Assembly (NCBI GenBank): GCA_963796275.1
Contig: CAWCKY010000003.1
Span: 1-64,000 of the forward strand
Direction: 5' to 3'
Origin: an uncultured Acidobacteriota bacterium
Lineage (GTDB): Bacteria; Acidobacteriota; Blastocatellia; RBC074
DNA: 64,000 nt
Position numbers and translations under genes: made by a program. Of the stretch, positions 42,801 to 51,304 are shown one piece after another (the first letter of the stretch is position 1; the number at the start of each line of letters is the position of its first letter). The notes under the pieces are model-generated. The model made no database searches, was not told the DNA's origin, and worked only from the letters and a program-made list of their open reading frames with translations.

Positions 42801-43349
42801 CGCGAACTGAGTGAGTTCCTTGCCCTTAATCCCACACGCGGACGCGAACTGAGTGGCTTGCCTTCTTGCGTCCGCTTTCAGCGGTTTTCCCACCGCCACA
42901 CCATCTATTGCTTCGTGGAATTCATGGGCGACGGGCCTGTTCGTTATCAGCTCAAAAGTGAGCTTTTTTTCTACATCTTTCGCCCCATACTTCCTCTTGA
43001 GGCTTCTGAATGCTGCCGCGAACTTGCGAATCGTCTTCCTGGCATCACTCACACGGTACGGAACTCTCTGCGAGCTTTTCGAGTATTTGACCTGGACAAT
43101 GACGACCGCGCCTGCATCTCTAAATGTCGGCCCCTTTCCGTAGTACAGAACAAGGTCAGCGATCTCAACTGTTTCCGCCGAAGCGCCTGCTTGGTCGGCA
43201 GGTGCGAGCCCTTCGACAGCAATTCCCACAAGTTCATCGGTTGGCATGACGAGCTGAAGCGCCTTGCGCGCCGCCCACGCCTCATGAAACTCGTGGCCGT
43301 CACGGGAAGCTCTTACCTTGTCTATTCGCGGACGAAGGGTTTTCATCAT
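36876..43349 (-). CDS. Avs3-like (AVAST) STAND NTPase with an N-terminal PD-(D/E)xK nuclease and a long helical sensor region
   Basis: N-terminal SRDGHEFHEAWAARK, IADLVLYYG, QVKYS; Walker A ADGGVGKT; Walker B FIDAIDNA; GNPRI; 2157 aa intact. Confidence 0.8.
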   Translation of the reverse strand: MMKTLRPRIDKVRASRDGHEFHEAWAARKALQLVMPTDELVGIAVEGLAPADQAGASAETVEIADLVLYYGKGPTFRDAGAVVIVQVKYSKSSQRVPYRVSDARKTIRKFAAAFRSLKRKYGAKDVEKKLTFELITNRPVAHEFHEAIDGVAVGKPLKADARRQATQFASACGIKGKELTQFAQKVRITGLAGSLRQNKQHLSLVLADWSVAPDAMARARLGNLRQLLREKAGLAGEGQNVITRTDVLDALELQSPDDLFPCPASFPEVGNVVEREQLSALGGKIPKLDKPLLIHADGGVGKTVFLQSLAMILGETHETVLFDCFGGGAYRAPEDARHLPKRGLIHIINSLACDGLCDPLLPINENVEELVKAFRARLSQAVATLQRGSGDKQLLLFIDAIDNAAEHAKDKGEPTFPRLLLESFHHSGPVDGVQLIVSCRTYRRDISRGDVPCEEFKLNPFSPAETEKYLRDRIPKVTDAQIQVAYSRSEGNPRILEHLALSDRGLLESAELNNVIKLDDLLKERIQKALGEALKRGYKKREINAFLAGLSILPPPVPLYEYADAHGMDLSAVRSFATDLAPLLEQTRHGLMFRDEPTETVVRDVYAAKADTLRALARNLFKKQGTSVYAASALPGLLQKLNDGKLLFKLAFDERFPTAIASTVGKQNIRYARLKAAVLHAARKEDFDRLVHLLVELSTLAAVNQRGTEYVLDNPDLVIASHDIDATRRLFETRTQWPGTRYARLTIASVLSGDLSDAYRHVVNADEWIHHFYRQDDEYRRDRSGPERLDIASIPVCLVAQDRGQDAAQFMKGWKDWYAYEVAEHIFTLLHQAERMETVPTANIRRFLDSLKSQRGILAAALSFMELDNAARRRMIRELAKACEKKKTIEKSEGFLREMDPIQDGMLKATAVAVAMKMRAEALAIAETISNERPGLWYFVDHFSTKDVFPFIAYMALRAAVERQPIAEYTLLPQELVDFGARVPKGTKGEAFRKTLKKELEEEFKSHQGLPAEKKPMRYETKREAEHFIDERLETLFEMAQAFTKMLSSGAGKGDKPFLELVELWAKFRMKRDRYSDRHERSLFFDLLGRQLLIFAIWARSDLKGSSTEVFVAKVSEAGIAPVSTLVKIIAILAKRLDLQELAGKIALSAKSLIELEDEVSRRASLFAELSRAIMPASVEETAAYFRLGLDQMDAIGSGDYQFTSELLLYAAELRGDELEEGDFHTLSNICELNIYEQDKFPWLEFARGLARTSGCRSLAKLGRWDDRDKSTLDYTLLPYLMALIEQDKIDPAIALGLLRLSAPVELYSCGTAQLAEVIAEKRYPNSKALLTELILQFEQNHSGVFMPSTLATLRKIAERELDKDSELTTYLSIAAQKFEKLRNEESENRNYRGPQYLRSAEAANDQEEETRRAMKKIGNETDPADEESMARAIDALNNLQYVYAFKNEFFDKFRGKLKYEERPKYVQIISRLEILDIYTKLRVLRECKEKWSDSSAALRKVFRDIAEPLIQIHANDFVNHDYLSGSKLKDITELSGIPVPVLALELIAIFASPDSHLPASTWMGLTAIICEKAKHGEGQIALKRLLNSNSAKLASTVVDGVWRDGLYPKGGETDITAGLLWRTLGSPSAAHRWRAAHSIRCFARLGKWEVIDALIGRFHSTDAHPYQAPELPFYYLHARLWLLIALARVAIDHPQNVTKYADTLKTVALGTNVPHVLMRHFAARTLLACVSGGRIVLSEGDIKALKRVNASPFPMKKTKQYERDSIYKKRPGSMPKPGFDFNLDYDFDKHDVAKVSGMFDRSRWETKDAITAWVRKYDPQVKSMYESGGRAVRQRDRLREMTDRYHLYGQQLGWHALYLVAGEFLAKYPVVQRPFDDNDPWREWLRHESLTRRNGLWLADGVDRPPVGAQVNLYEIGDKGLVLTGDKAKLLSLLNIESSIGEEVVVAGDWRSADGIEIDIWSALAPPRFAKKLALQLSQEDPFRAWLPRAEERDDGDEYSLSEKEPYEPWVVWPHIEAGLDETDLLGVTAAVRRLYFTKAINEIGALKPLDPFRRTWGDPTGRVAARSEAWGRNSAYDEEESISAKRLVCSSGFLKDVLMKRRAELLVLVRLRRYEKGIGSLGSQYLHTTAVVRIDNSLDFKLYPGAINKLHKMKY

Positions 43350-43775
43350 CCTTCTTCAGTCTGATCGGATCCGTCGCAGTTGATCATCTACGGTATGCCG
43401 AAGCGATCGACGAGCATATCAATCGCGGGGCCCAGAGTCTTCTTGATCGGCATCACGACCTTACCGCCCTCGGTCAGCGTTAAAGATACGCTCGGCGTCG
43501 GTCGCGCTGTTGATCTGAAGAGTGAGCGAGAAGCCCTTTGGTTCCTCATAATGATCCGGTGCCGCGTCGGCGCCCATCAACACTTGGTCGCCGATTGTCA
43601 TGCTGCCGTGCATAACCTTGTCCGACCAGGCGGCCGGAACCTGATTCGACAGAGGCATCCCGGAGTAACGGAAGATCGCCCCGGGTTGGCTGCCGAGGCA
43701 CTGCTCATAGAAATTGATCGCTGCTTCGCATTCTCCCTTGAAACTCAGATACGGATTCACTGGATGGTAAATATT
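43347..43775 (-). pseudogene. VOC/PhnB-family (glyoxalase-like) protein, disrupted
   Basis: VNPYLSFKGECEAAINFY, KVMHG, MLVDRFGIP*MINC. The start is lost and there is a frameshift and an in-frame TAG; the final TGA overlaps the Avs ATG. Confidence 0.8.
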
Positions 43776-43926
43776 TTTTCTACGATAGATTTCTGTTTTG
43801 CTATCAGCCCAGCCGAACGATGTGCGGTGGAACTCGGTCGGAGTCACCTCAATCACGCGCCACGAACTGGTTAATTCTAACGATCACTGCGCGGCTCCAA
43901 ACACCAAAAACGGCAAATTTATCCTT

Positions 43927-43962
43927 CAATGTTTCGCCATCCGGCAATGTTTCTCCATCCGG
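43927..43962. repeat. 18-bp tandem direct repeat (2 copies, 1 mismatch)
   Basis: CAATGTTTCGCCATCCGG CAATGTTTCTCCATCCGG in a divergent intergenic region. Confidence 0.7.
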
Positions 43963-44069
43963 TCTCTTTTGTGAGTCATAGATTTTTGCTGTGAATAAAA
44001 AAATGAGCGTGGCTAGGCGAAGCGCAGGCACGCTCAAAACTAAATTAATTCGTAAAAGGAGAATAACAC

Positions 44070-45755
44070 ATGTCACGCAGAATCGAGAACACTCGTCGTT
44101 CAAATCACAGCATGTTCCTTCCGCAAAATTACGGATCGCCTTTCAACGACACAGCGGAGCATATCTCGGGTCTCGGCCTGGGACGGCTCGACTTCGAACG
44201 CGGCGCAGTCGTGGGAGAGGTGATTTACACCGTCGAGGGCGATTCGACGCCCACGAGCCAACAGGAGGAAGAAGCGCGCATCGCAACGCTTGCCTATGCG
44301 CTCAAGAAACTCGGTAATCCGGAGGATGCCGCAGAGTTCATGCGCTGCCTAAACGAAATCAGCAGAGAAGGTGACGCGCGCTACCGGCAAGTTGTGGCCT
44401 CCTACTACTACGGCGAGATCGCCGAGCGTGGCCTTGGCGTTGTCCTTAAAGAGATGGCGCTCATCGCCATGCACCTCGCCAGCCTCAATCCGGTTATGGA
44501 AGAAATGGGGAGCGACACCGAAATTGTCTATGCGTCGCATGGGGAATCGAAGCCGCGGTCGCTCTTCGATCTAGAAGTGGCTACAGTCAAACGGATGATC
44601 CGCGGTCGCCGAAAGAGCGCGCGATTTGTCCACGATGAGATGACAGAGTGGTTGAACGATCTGGAATCGAGCGGCGCAACCATCGATGAACTCGATGATG
44701 CATTCGCGCACGTCGAAGCGTTGGATCAATACGATGAGGGCGGCGCGATCATTCAGATGTCCGCGCACGAACGCACAGTCACCTGCGGACGCGTCGATCC
44801 CGAATTCTCGGTTGAAGACCTGCCAGAATGCGCTCGTTATCTTGCCTACGAACTTCGCCGCACCTACGCGAATGGGCTTGCAATCGAGAATATCGGGGAC
44901 GAGATCAACACGGAGCTCGAGATCATCTTTCCGATCAGTGTTAATCTCGATCTGCCCAAAGACAGCTTTCCGTCGAATCTGACGACGGGGCGCACCGAAC
45001 GGATCTCGATCTATCGCCGGCCGAGATTCATATCTCAGGCCAATCGCGAGCTTCAGCAATTTACCCGGCAGGCGCTCGAAGCCATCCTCAATGAATGCGA
45101 GCAAGATTTTCATATGACCGCGCTGCGCAATAATCGTTCATATCGCAACTTCTACACGAGGATTCGCCACGCGACCGATACCGAGACGATCAGCGAGTTG
45201 AAGAAGCAGGCATTTGATGCCCGTCAGAATGGCGAGATGTCAGTCAAACATTTCATCGCTCTCAATACGGCTGCGGATAATCAACGTGAACGGTTGTTGT
45301 CGATGCCGCTCTCAGCGCCTGCTTATAAGCTCATCGAGGAGATCGTCACCGCACTCGAGAGAAAGCTGGGGTATCTCGCCTGGGCGATGTACGGCGCCAA
45401 TCAACCCGCACATCAAATCCACATGCTTAATTCGAGTGAACAGACACGCGTTTGGGAGGTGATGACGGCTCGTAAGGCGGCGATTTTGCTCCCACGACTC
45501 TTTGCGAAGTTGCTCTCAACGTGGGGGCAGGCGCTCCCAGGCGACTGTTTTATCTTCCTGGCGGCGTTCAGTGAGTTCTTCGAACTGCCGCGACTGCGCA
45601 AAGCGTTAAGCGCCGTTCGGAACAAAAAGCGATTCTCTGTTCGGGAGGCCTCCTCGGCTCCGAGGCAGTCAGATCCAACACCTGGACACTCTGCGGTGAA
45701 AAGTGGCGCTGTCGCAAGATTGCGCACGCAGGCTGCGTCCTGCGTACAGCAATGA
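44070..45755 (+). CDS. Large hypothetical backbone protein
   Basis: 561-aa intact ORF, AGGAG RBS; no motif recognised. Confidence 0.75.
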   Translation: MSRRIENTRRSNHSMFLPQNYGSPFNDTAEHISGLGLGRLDFERGAVVGEVIYTVEGDSTPTSQQEEEARIATLAYALKKLGNPEDAAEFMRCLNEISREGDARYRQVVASYYYGEIAERGLGVVLKEMALIAMHLASLNPVMEEMGSDTEIVYASHGESKPRSLFDLEVATVKRMIRGRRKSARFVHDEMTEWLNDLESSGATIDELDDAFAHVEALDQYDEGGAIIQMSAHERTVTCGRVDPEFSVEDLPECARYLAYELRRTYANGLAIENIGDEINTELEIIFPISVNLDLPKDSFPSNLTTGRTERISIYRRPRFISQANRELQQFTRQALEAILNECEQDFHMTALRNNRSYRNFYTRIRHATDTETISELKKQAFDARQNGEMSVKHFIALNTAADNQRERLLSMPLSAPAYKLIEEIVTALERKLGYLAWAMYGANQPAHQIHMLNSSEQTRVWEVMTARKAAILLPRLFAKLLSTWGQALPGDCFIFLAAFSEFFELPRLRKALSAVRNKKRFSVREASSAPRQSDPTPGHSAVKSGAVARLRTQAASCVQQ

Positions 45756-45931
45756 TTAATCTCTTCAATGGCGCAGACCCGCCTCTGATGATTCCATCAG
45801 TTTCCACCATTCACTCAACTGCGTGATTCATAAATTGGAGCTGCGCGTAAGCCTGTGAGCGGGCGGGGCAAGCGCCTCGCCTCGCGCTCAACAATTTCAA
45901 TCTCAATCTTGATCTGAAAGGGGTATGAACA

Positions 45932-46423
45932 ATGTCTTTTAATAAGATTACCATCGTCGGGTATCTGGGGCGCGACCCGGAATTACGTTACACGCCGCAG
46001 GGAACGGCCGTTTGCAATATGTCTGTGGCGACGACCGAGAAACGCAGGAGCGCATCGGGCCAGGCCGAAGAGCACACGATTTGGTTCCGCATCACGGCCT
46101 GGGGGCGCCAGGCTGAGACGGCTGCCGAATACCTGGCTAAAGGGAGGCAGGTCTATATCGACGGGCGGTTGCGTCTCGAACAGTACACCGACCGTGAAGG
46201 CAATCTGCGCATCAGCCCAGAGGTCAATGCCACCGACATTCACTTTCTGGGTCAGAATGCCGGGTCTGTGGAGAAGGCCGAGGATATCCGCCAGGTCGAT
46301 GAAGAGACAGAGAACGGGGAGGCCCCAAAGCCCGCTACGTCCAGAAACGGTAAAAGGTCGACCTCGAAGCTTGCTTCAACCAAAGAGCCCGTCGGCATTG
46401 AGGCTGACGAAATTCCGTTCTAG
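45932..46423 (+). CDS. ssb: Single-stranded DNA-binding protein
   Basis: NKITIVGYLGRDPELRYT, KGRQVYIDGRL, C-terminal DEIPF. Confidence 0.97.
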   Translation: MSFNKITIVGYLGRDPELRYTPQGTAVCNMSVATTEKRRSASGQAEEHTIWFRITAWGRQAETAAEYLAKGRQVYIDGRLRLEQYTDREGNLRISPEVNATDIHFLGQNAGSVEKAEDIRQVDEETENGEAPKPATSRNGKRSTSKLASTKEPVGIEADEIPF

Positions 46424-46491
46424 CGTGGGTACTTTGCTAAGTGTCCACTTATTCTCGCTGATATACGCAAAGTGTTATCAGGCAATGATGT

Positions 46492-46532
46492 AGCGCCGAG
46501 GAGACCTACTTCTCGGCGCTTCCGGTTTATTT
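46492..46532 (+). terminator. Probable terminator hairpin after ssb
   Basis: AGCGCCGAG...CTCGGCGCT stem followed by a T-rich tract. Confidence 0.5.
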
Positions 46533-46614
46533 CTAAGAAAATGTGGTAGGGGATAATAACTATCTGCCCACTTTCCCATAAAGATGCTACTTTCCCGCAT
46601 GTTAGCTGGAAGGC

Positions 46615-48063
46615 TTGACCTCACGATTTAAACATGTGCGAGTGAAAGTGAACATCACGCAAAAAGTATCAACCCGTAGATTTTCTGTGATCAATATCGT
46701 TCTCGACAATGGAGAACGTCTTCCCTGTTTGGTGGACGCTGAAACCTGGGAACCTGTCCGCGTAGCGACCAGGTGGGCAGTTCGTTATCGGCGATATCAC
46801 GTACAATCCTCCACCCTTGCCAATAACCTTCGGATTCTCCGGCGTGTCTATGCTTGGGCTTCGGATGTGGGCCGGTTTGATCTCGATGATTTTCTGACCT
46901 CAGGTACTCGGCTCAACGCTCGTCAAATAGAATCCCTGGTTCATTATCTCCGCATCAAGGGAAGGACAGTAATTGCCGGAGTCATCACACCCAAAAATGA
47001 AGATCAACAACCGGAATCGATACTTGATGCAAATGAGTTCAATCACTGTCTCGATGTGGCTGGGGAGTTTTTCAAGTGGTCTCTCGACAGCGCCAACCGA
47101 GGCGGGGTTTCCAATTTCACCTTGGAACAATTGATGGCTGAGCGGGCCGCGCTGGAGAGAGCATTCCGATCACACCATATTCAGACACGAGCATCGGAGC
47201 GCATTCAACCTTTAGAAGAACATGAAATTGAGACTATCAGGCGTGTGATTGCTCCTAAACAAACTGACTCGGGTAGATGGGAATTCCCAGAGAAAATTTT
47301 CTCCACGGCCACGAGGCTCAGGAATTGGTTGATGTTTGAAACTGCTCTTGAGCTGGGTTTGCGCCGTGGAGAGTTGCTCAAACTGCGTCTTGATTGTTTG
47401 CCTCGAGGCAGTGATGACGGCATAAAAATCTTGAGGCACGCTGACGATCCGCACGATTCCAGAACTAAAGAGCCAGCCATGAAAACGACCGAAAGAGTAA
47501 TTCCATCTTCGCGCTCGCTACTCTTAGCCTTTCGCGCATATTTGACCATGCCTGCCCCAGAGGGTCGTGTCACAGGCAAAAGTCCGTATCTCTTCGTGAC
47601 TCAAACGGGCGCCCCTGTCTCAGAAGAGACCGCCAACGACATCATCGCCAAGATCGGGCGATACAGTGGAGTCGTTCTTTTATCTTGGCACCGCCTCCGT
47701 CATACCTGGGCTGAAAAATGCGCTGAAATTTATGCCGAGCAACCAAACGGCATGGACAAACTGATGTATCTCGGCGGATGGACCAATCCGCAATCACCCC
47801 GGCAATACATCAAACGTATTCTCGCCAGACAGGCAATTGAAACAATGCGAGCTGATTTCGATAATCTGATCCGCGATCTGGAAAATGAATTGGTGCTGGA
47901 ACGCGAGAAGAATAAAAAACTGGTCGCCAAAATCCAGATCATGGAAGCTAATGCTGGCAGGCTCGGCATTGATCCGGAAGAACTGCACAAGGTCATTCCC
48001 AAGCCGATTAGAACAGTCTCCAGAGCAGAATCATCTCACAAAAGATGGTTTGGCAAACGGTAG
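46615..48063 (+). CDS. Tyrosine recombinase (Tn554-like), apparently fused to an unrelated coiled-coil tail
   Basis: LGLRRGELL, KTTER, SWHRLRHTW, LGGW, PRQY. After ~47850 the sequence switches to a TnpC-like coiled coil. Confidence 0.85.
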   Translation: MTSRFKHVRVKVNITQKVSTRRFSVINIVLDNGERLPCLVDAETWEPVRVATRWAVRYRRYHVQSSTLANNLRILRRVYAWASDVGRFDLDDFLTSGTRLNARQIESLVHYLRIKGRTVIAGVITPKNEDQQPESILDANEFNHCLDVAGEFFKWSLDSANRGGVSNFTLEQLMAERAALERAFRSHHIQTRASERIQPLEEHEIETIRRVIAPKQTDSGRWEFPEKIFSTATRLRNWLMFETALELGLRRGELLKLRLDCLPRGSDDGIKILRHADDPHDSRTKEPAMKTTERVIPSSRSLLLAFRAYLTMPAPEGRVTGKSPYLFVTQTGAPVSEETANDIIAKIGRYSGVVLLSWHRLRHTWAEKCAEIYAEQPNGMDKLMYLGGWTNPQSPRQYIKRILARQAIETMRADFDNLIRDLENELVLEREKNKKLVAKIQIMEANAGRLGIDPEELHKVIPKPIRTVSRAESSHKRWFGKR

Positions 48064-48072
48064 GTTAATGTC

Positions 48073-48558
48073 ATGGCCAAACGAAAGAGCACCCTGCTGG
48101 GATTGCAAAAGAGTGCACAGGCGAAAAGCCAAGCGGCTTTTGAACAGGCGAGCGAAGCCATCAGATCGCTCGGTGCACGAGGATTGCCGATCGACTTTCA
48201 GGCCGTCGCTAGGGAGGGGAATGTCTCAGTTGCGTTTCTATATAAGAATGACGACCTCAAAATGCTGATAGACGAACTTCGTGCAGTACAAAAAGTAAAC
48301 CGGTGTTTGTCCTCACTCGACTCTAGCAAGCTAAGCGGTTTGATGGTCGATCAATCGACGGAACTTCGGCGGTTGCGTGAAGAAAATGATGATCTACGGA
48401 AAGTCAATCAACAACTGAGGGAACAAAACCAGGAGTTGAAAGCTCAATCTTCTCTAGTCGCGGCCCTGGAGCGACAGATTTACAGATTGACCAAAGAGAA
48501 GAACCTTCTGATGAATAAGATTATGTTATTGAATGAAGGCCAGGCGAATGAGAGCTAG
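48073..48558 (+). CDS. TnpC/DUF6262-family protein
   Basis: AIRSL...PIDFQAVAREGNVSVAFLYK.....IDELR followed by a coiled coil. Confidence 0.8.
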   Translation: MAKRKSTLLGLQKSAQAKSQAAFEQASEAIRSLGARGLPIDFQAVAREGNVSVAFLYKNDDLKMLIDELRAVQKVNRCLSSLDSSKLSGLMVDQSTELRRLREENDDLRKVNQQLREQNQELKAQSSLVAALERQIYRLTKEKNLLMNKIMLLNEGQANES

Positions 48559-48664
48559 ATCGAGTGTGGTGCATTGCAATTCTTTCCGATCCTTACGCGA
48601 AACCATCTTCAGCCGAACCAAAAGTTATTCTCCGATGCACTCATATAATCAGTCCGCTGTTTTC

Positions 48665-51304
48665 CTATTCTGATCGGAGAGTGAGCATCGGGTCCACTTT
48701 CGCCGCTCGGCGCGCGGGTAGATAACCGGCCATCGCCGCGATGGCGATCATCACCGATGTGGCCAGCGTAATCGTCAATGGATCATTGGCAGTGAGTCCG
48801 AACAACAGGCCCTTGGTCAACCGCGTCACAGCCAGAGCTACCGGCAGCCCGATTGCGATACCGATGGAGACAAGAAGCAGCGTCTCGCGCAGCACCAGCC
48901 ACAGGACGTTGCCGGCTTGAGCGCCCAATGCCATGCGGATACCGATCTCGCGCGTACGCCGAGCCACGGCGTAAGCCATCACGCCGTAGAGCCCGAGTCC
49001 GGCCAGGAGCAGAGCGAAGAGTCCGAAGAAGCTGGAGAGCAGCGCGATCATGCGCTCCCGGCTGATCGATTCATCGATTTGATCGGCGAAGGTTTTGATG
49101 TCGTGGACCGGCAAGTTCGGATCGAGCCGCCGGACCTCGTTACGAATAGCGGCAATGAGAGCGCCGGTGTCGCCCCTCGCGCGCACGCATAATCTCTGAT
49201 TAGCCAATAATGCCGTGAAAGCAGGATAGTAGACCGTGCGTGACATCGTCTCCTTGAGTGAGGTCAGCCTGGCGTTTCCGACCATGCCGACGATCTCGAA
49301 TTCAAAGCCGGCCACAGGGATGTGCTTGCCCAGCGGGTTTTCATTACCGAAGAAGTAGCGCGCGAAACTATCATTGATGATGACGACTTTGGGATCTCCT
49401 CCCACCGAGTCCTGCCAGTTGAAGTCACGCCCTTTCAGCAGCGGAATCCCGAAAGTGGCGAAGAACTGTGGCGTTATTGGGTGCATGAGCGCGGTGGGCT
49501 TTTCGTTCGGAGGGCTATGAGAGCCAGGGACTTCGAATTCTCCTTCTTCCTTGCCATATGGCTTCGGTTCGAGCGGCATTGAATTGGTGTAAGTGGCCGA
49601 CTTCACGCCTGGCAGCGCCATCAAGCGCTCGCTCAATTGTTGATAGATACTCAGCTGCTGATCGGTTTTGTAACCGCTCCTCCCGAGTGCGAGCGACATC
49701 GACACGATCTGATCAGACGTGTAACCGAGGTCCACCGCTTTCAAATTCTGCAAACTACGCACGAACAGACCTCCGCAGACCAGCAACACGAGCGAGAGCG
49801 CCACCTGCAGGACGACCAGCAACCGTCGCAATTCCCATTTACGCCTGACCCCTGCCGTGCCGGCGGCATCATTTTTGAGCGCCGGAATCAGATCGAAGCG
49901 CGTCGCCTGCAGAGCGGGAGCCAGGCCGAAGAGAACACCCGTCAATACCGTGACGACAAGCGTGATGCCGAGCATCCGCATATCGAGTTTGATTTCGCGC
50001 GTCAAGGGTATGAATCCGAGCAGCAGATCCGTTCCCACGCGGGCGAACATCAGCCCCAGTGCGCCGCCCAGAGCGGAGAGCAAAAAACCTTCGGTCAATA
50101 ATTGGCGGATAAGCCTGAGGCGGCCCGCGCCCACAGCCAGGCGCACGGCTATCTCCTTCCGACGAGCGGTCGCGCGCGCGAGCAGCAGGTTGGCGACATT
50201 GAGGCAGGCAATCAGTAGCACCATCCCTACCAGGCACAGCAGAAAGATGAGCGGTTGTAAATATCGGTCACGAAGTTCTGCAGCCGAGACGCCTCTGCCG
50301 GCGGGGCTGAGTTCAATGCGGCTCGCGTTGGAGTAACGGTTGGAGAGCGAGCTGGCGCTGTATTCCCGGATAATGCTTTGAAAGAGTGCGTCTGCAGCGA
50401 CTTGTGCCTGCTCGATGCTGATACCGGGTTTCAGACGAGCCATGACCGGTGTGTCGTTCCTGGGATCCTGCATCAGGTTCTTCATCATCATTGGGACGCG
50501 CAGAGCGGGAGCGGTGCTCACATCCACGTCTTTAAAGCCCTGCGCAGAGATTCCGATGATGGTGAAGGAGTGAGTATTAATGCTGATCTTCTTGCCGACG
50601 ATGTTTGGGTCGGCGCCGAAACGACTGCGCCAGTAGTCGTAGCTGATAACCGTCACGAAGTGCGCGCGCGGCGTTTGGTCATCAGCATCGGTAAAGACAC
50701 GCCCAAGATGCGGGCCTACGCCCAGAACATTAAAGAAATCGCCGGAGACTATCTGTGCCGACACCCGCTCTGCCTGGCTACCGTCATTCACGGTCGCCTC
50801 TACCCAGTTATAGGTGAAGATACCGGAAAAGACTGTATTCTTCTCGCTCATCTCCCGATAGACCGGATCGGGGTATTCGTAACCGAGGCCACCTACGTAG
50901 ACCAATTGCTCAGGATTTTTGACGGGCAGAGTCTTCAAGAGTAGAACGTCGAGCAGGCTGAAGATCGCCGTGTTCGCGCCGATGCCCAACGCCAGTGAAA
51001 GTGCGGCGACCGCGGTGAAAACTTTGTGCCTGAGCATCATTCGCAGGCCATAGCGTAAATCCTGCAGGGTTGTTTCCACTACAGGCAAGCCTCTGCGGGC
51101 TTGATAAACCTCTTTGATTTGCTCAACTCCACCAAATTTGCGTAAGGCTACAGACTGCGCTTCGTCGGGACTCATCCCCTGCCGCTGATTGTCCTCTATC
51201 TGCAGATCGAGATGAGAGCGGATTTCCTCCTCCAGCTCTCGCTCAAACCTGCGTTTCAGAAATATCCCACGTAAACGCTGAATGAGGACTCGTAACCAGG
51301 TCAT
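48665..51304 (-). CDS. Duplicated orphan ABC permease (ADOP, MacB/FtsX-like)
   Basis: QDLRYGLR, LALGIGANTAIFS, LLIACLNVANLLLAR, RTREIGIRMALGA, PARRAAKVDP. Confidence 0.95.
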   Translation of the reverse strand: MTWLRVLIQRLRGIFLKRRFERELEEEIRSHLDLQIEDNQRQGMSPDEAQSVALRKFGGVEQIKEVYQARRGLPVVETTLQDLRYGLRMMLRHKVFTAVAALSLALGIGANTAIFSLLDVLLLKTLPVKNPEQLVYVGGLGYEYPDPVYREMSEKNTVFSGIFTYNWVEATVNDGSQAERVSAQIVSGDFFNVLGVGPHLGRVFTDADDQTPRAHFVTVISYDYWRSRFGADPNIVGKKISINTHSFTIIGISAQGFKDVDVSTAPALRVPMMMKNLMQDPRNDTPVMARLKPGISIEQAQVAADALFQSIIREYSASSLSNRYSNASRIELSPAGRGVSAAELRDRYLQPLIFLLCLVGMVLLIACLNVANLLLARATARRKEIAVRLAVGAGRLRLIRQLLTEGFLLSALGGALGLMFARVGTDLLLGFIPLTREIKLDMRMLGITLVVTVLTGVLFGLAPALQATRFDLIPALKNDAAGTAGVRRKWELRRLLVVLQVALSLVLLVCGGLFVRSLQNLKAVDLGYTSDQIVSMSLALGRSGYKTDQQLSIYQQLSERLMALPGVKSATYTNSMPLEPKPYGKEEGEFEVPGSHSPPNEKPTALMHPITPQFFATFGIPLLKGRDFNWQDSVGGDPKVVIINDSFARYFFGNENPLGKHIPVAGFEFEIVGMVGNARLTSLKETMSRTVYYPAFTALLANQRLCVRARGDTGALIAAIRNEVRRLDPNLPVHDIKTFADQIDESISRERMIALLSSFFGLFALLLAGLGLYGVMAYAVARRTREIGIRMALGAQAGNVLWLVLRETLLLVSIGIAIGLPVALAVTRLTKGLLFGLTANDPLTITLATSVMIAIAAMAGYLPARRAAKVDPMLTLRSE

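Noticed and set aside
43812-43885. Complete attC upstream of the VOC-Avs unit
   Set aside because: Only the GTT core and a 4-5 bp stem are visible. I used it as a cassette boundary, not as a full site.
46615-48063. Integrase as the integron IntI serving the attC
   Set aside because: It lacks recognisable IntI motifs (e.g. the HTLRHSFATHLL-type box and the IntI-specific insertion) and sits with a TnpC-like gene.
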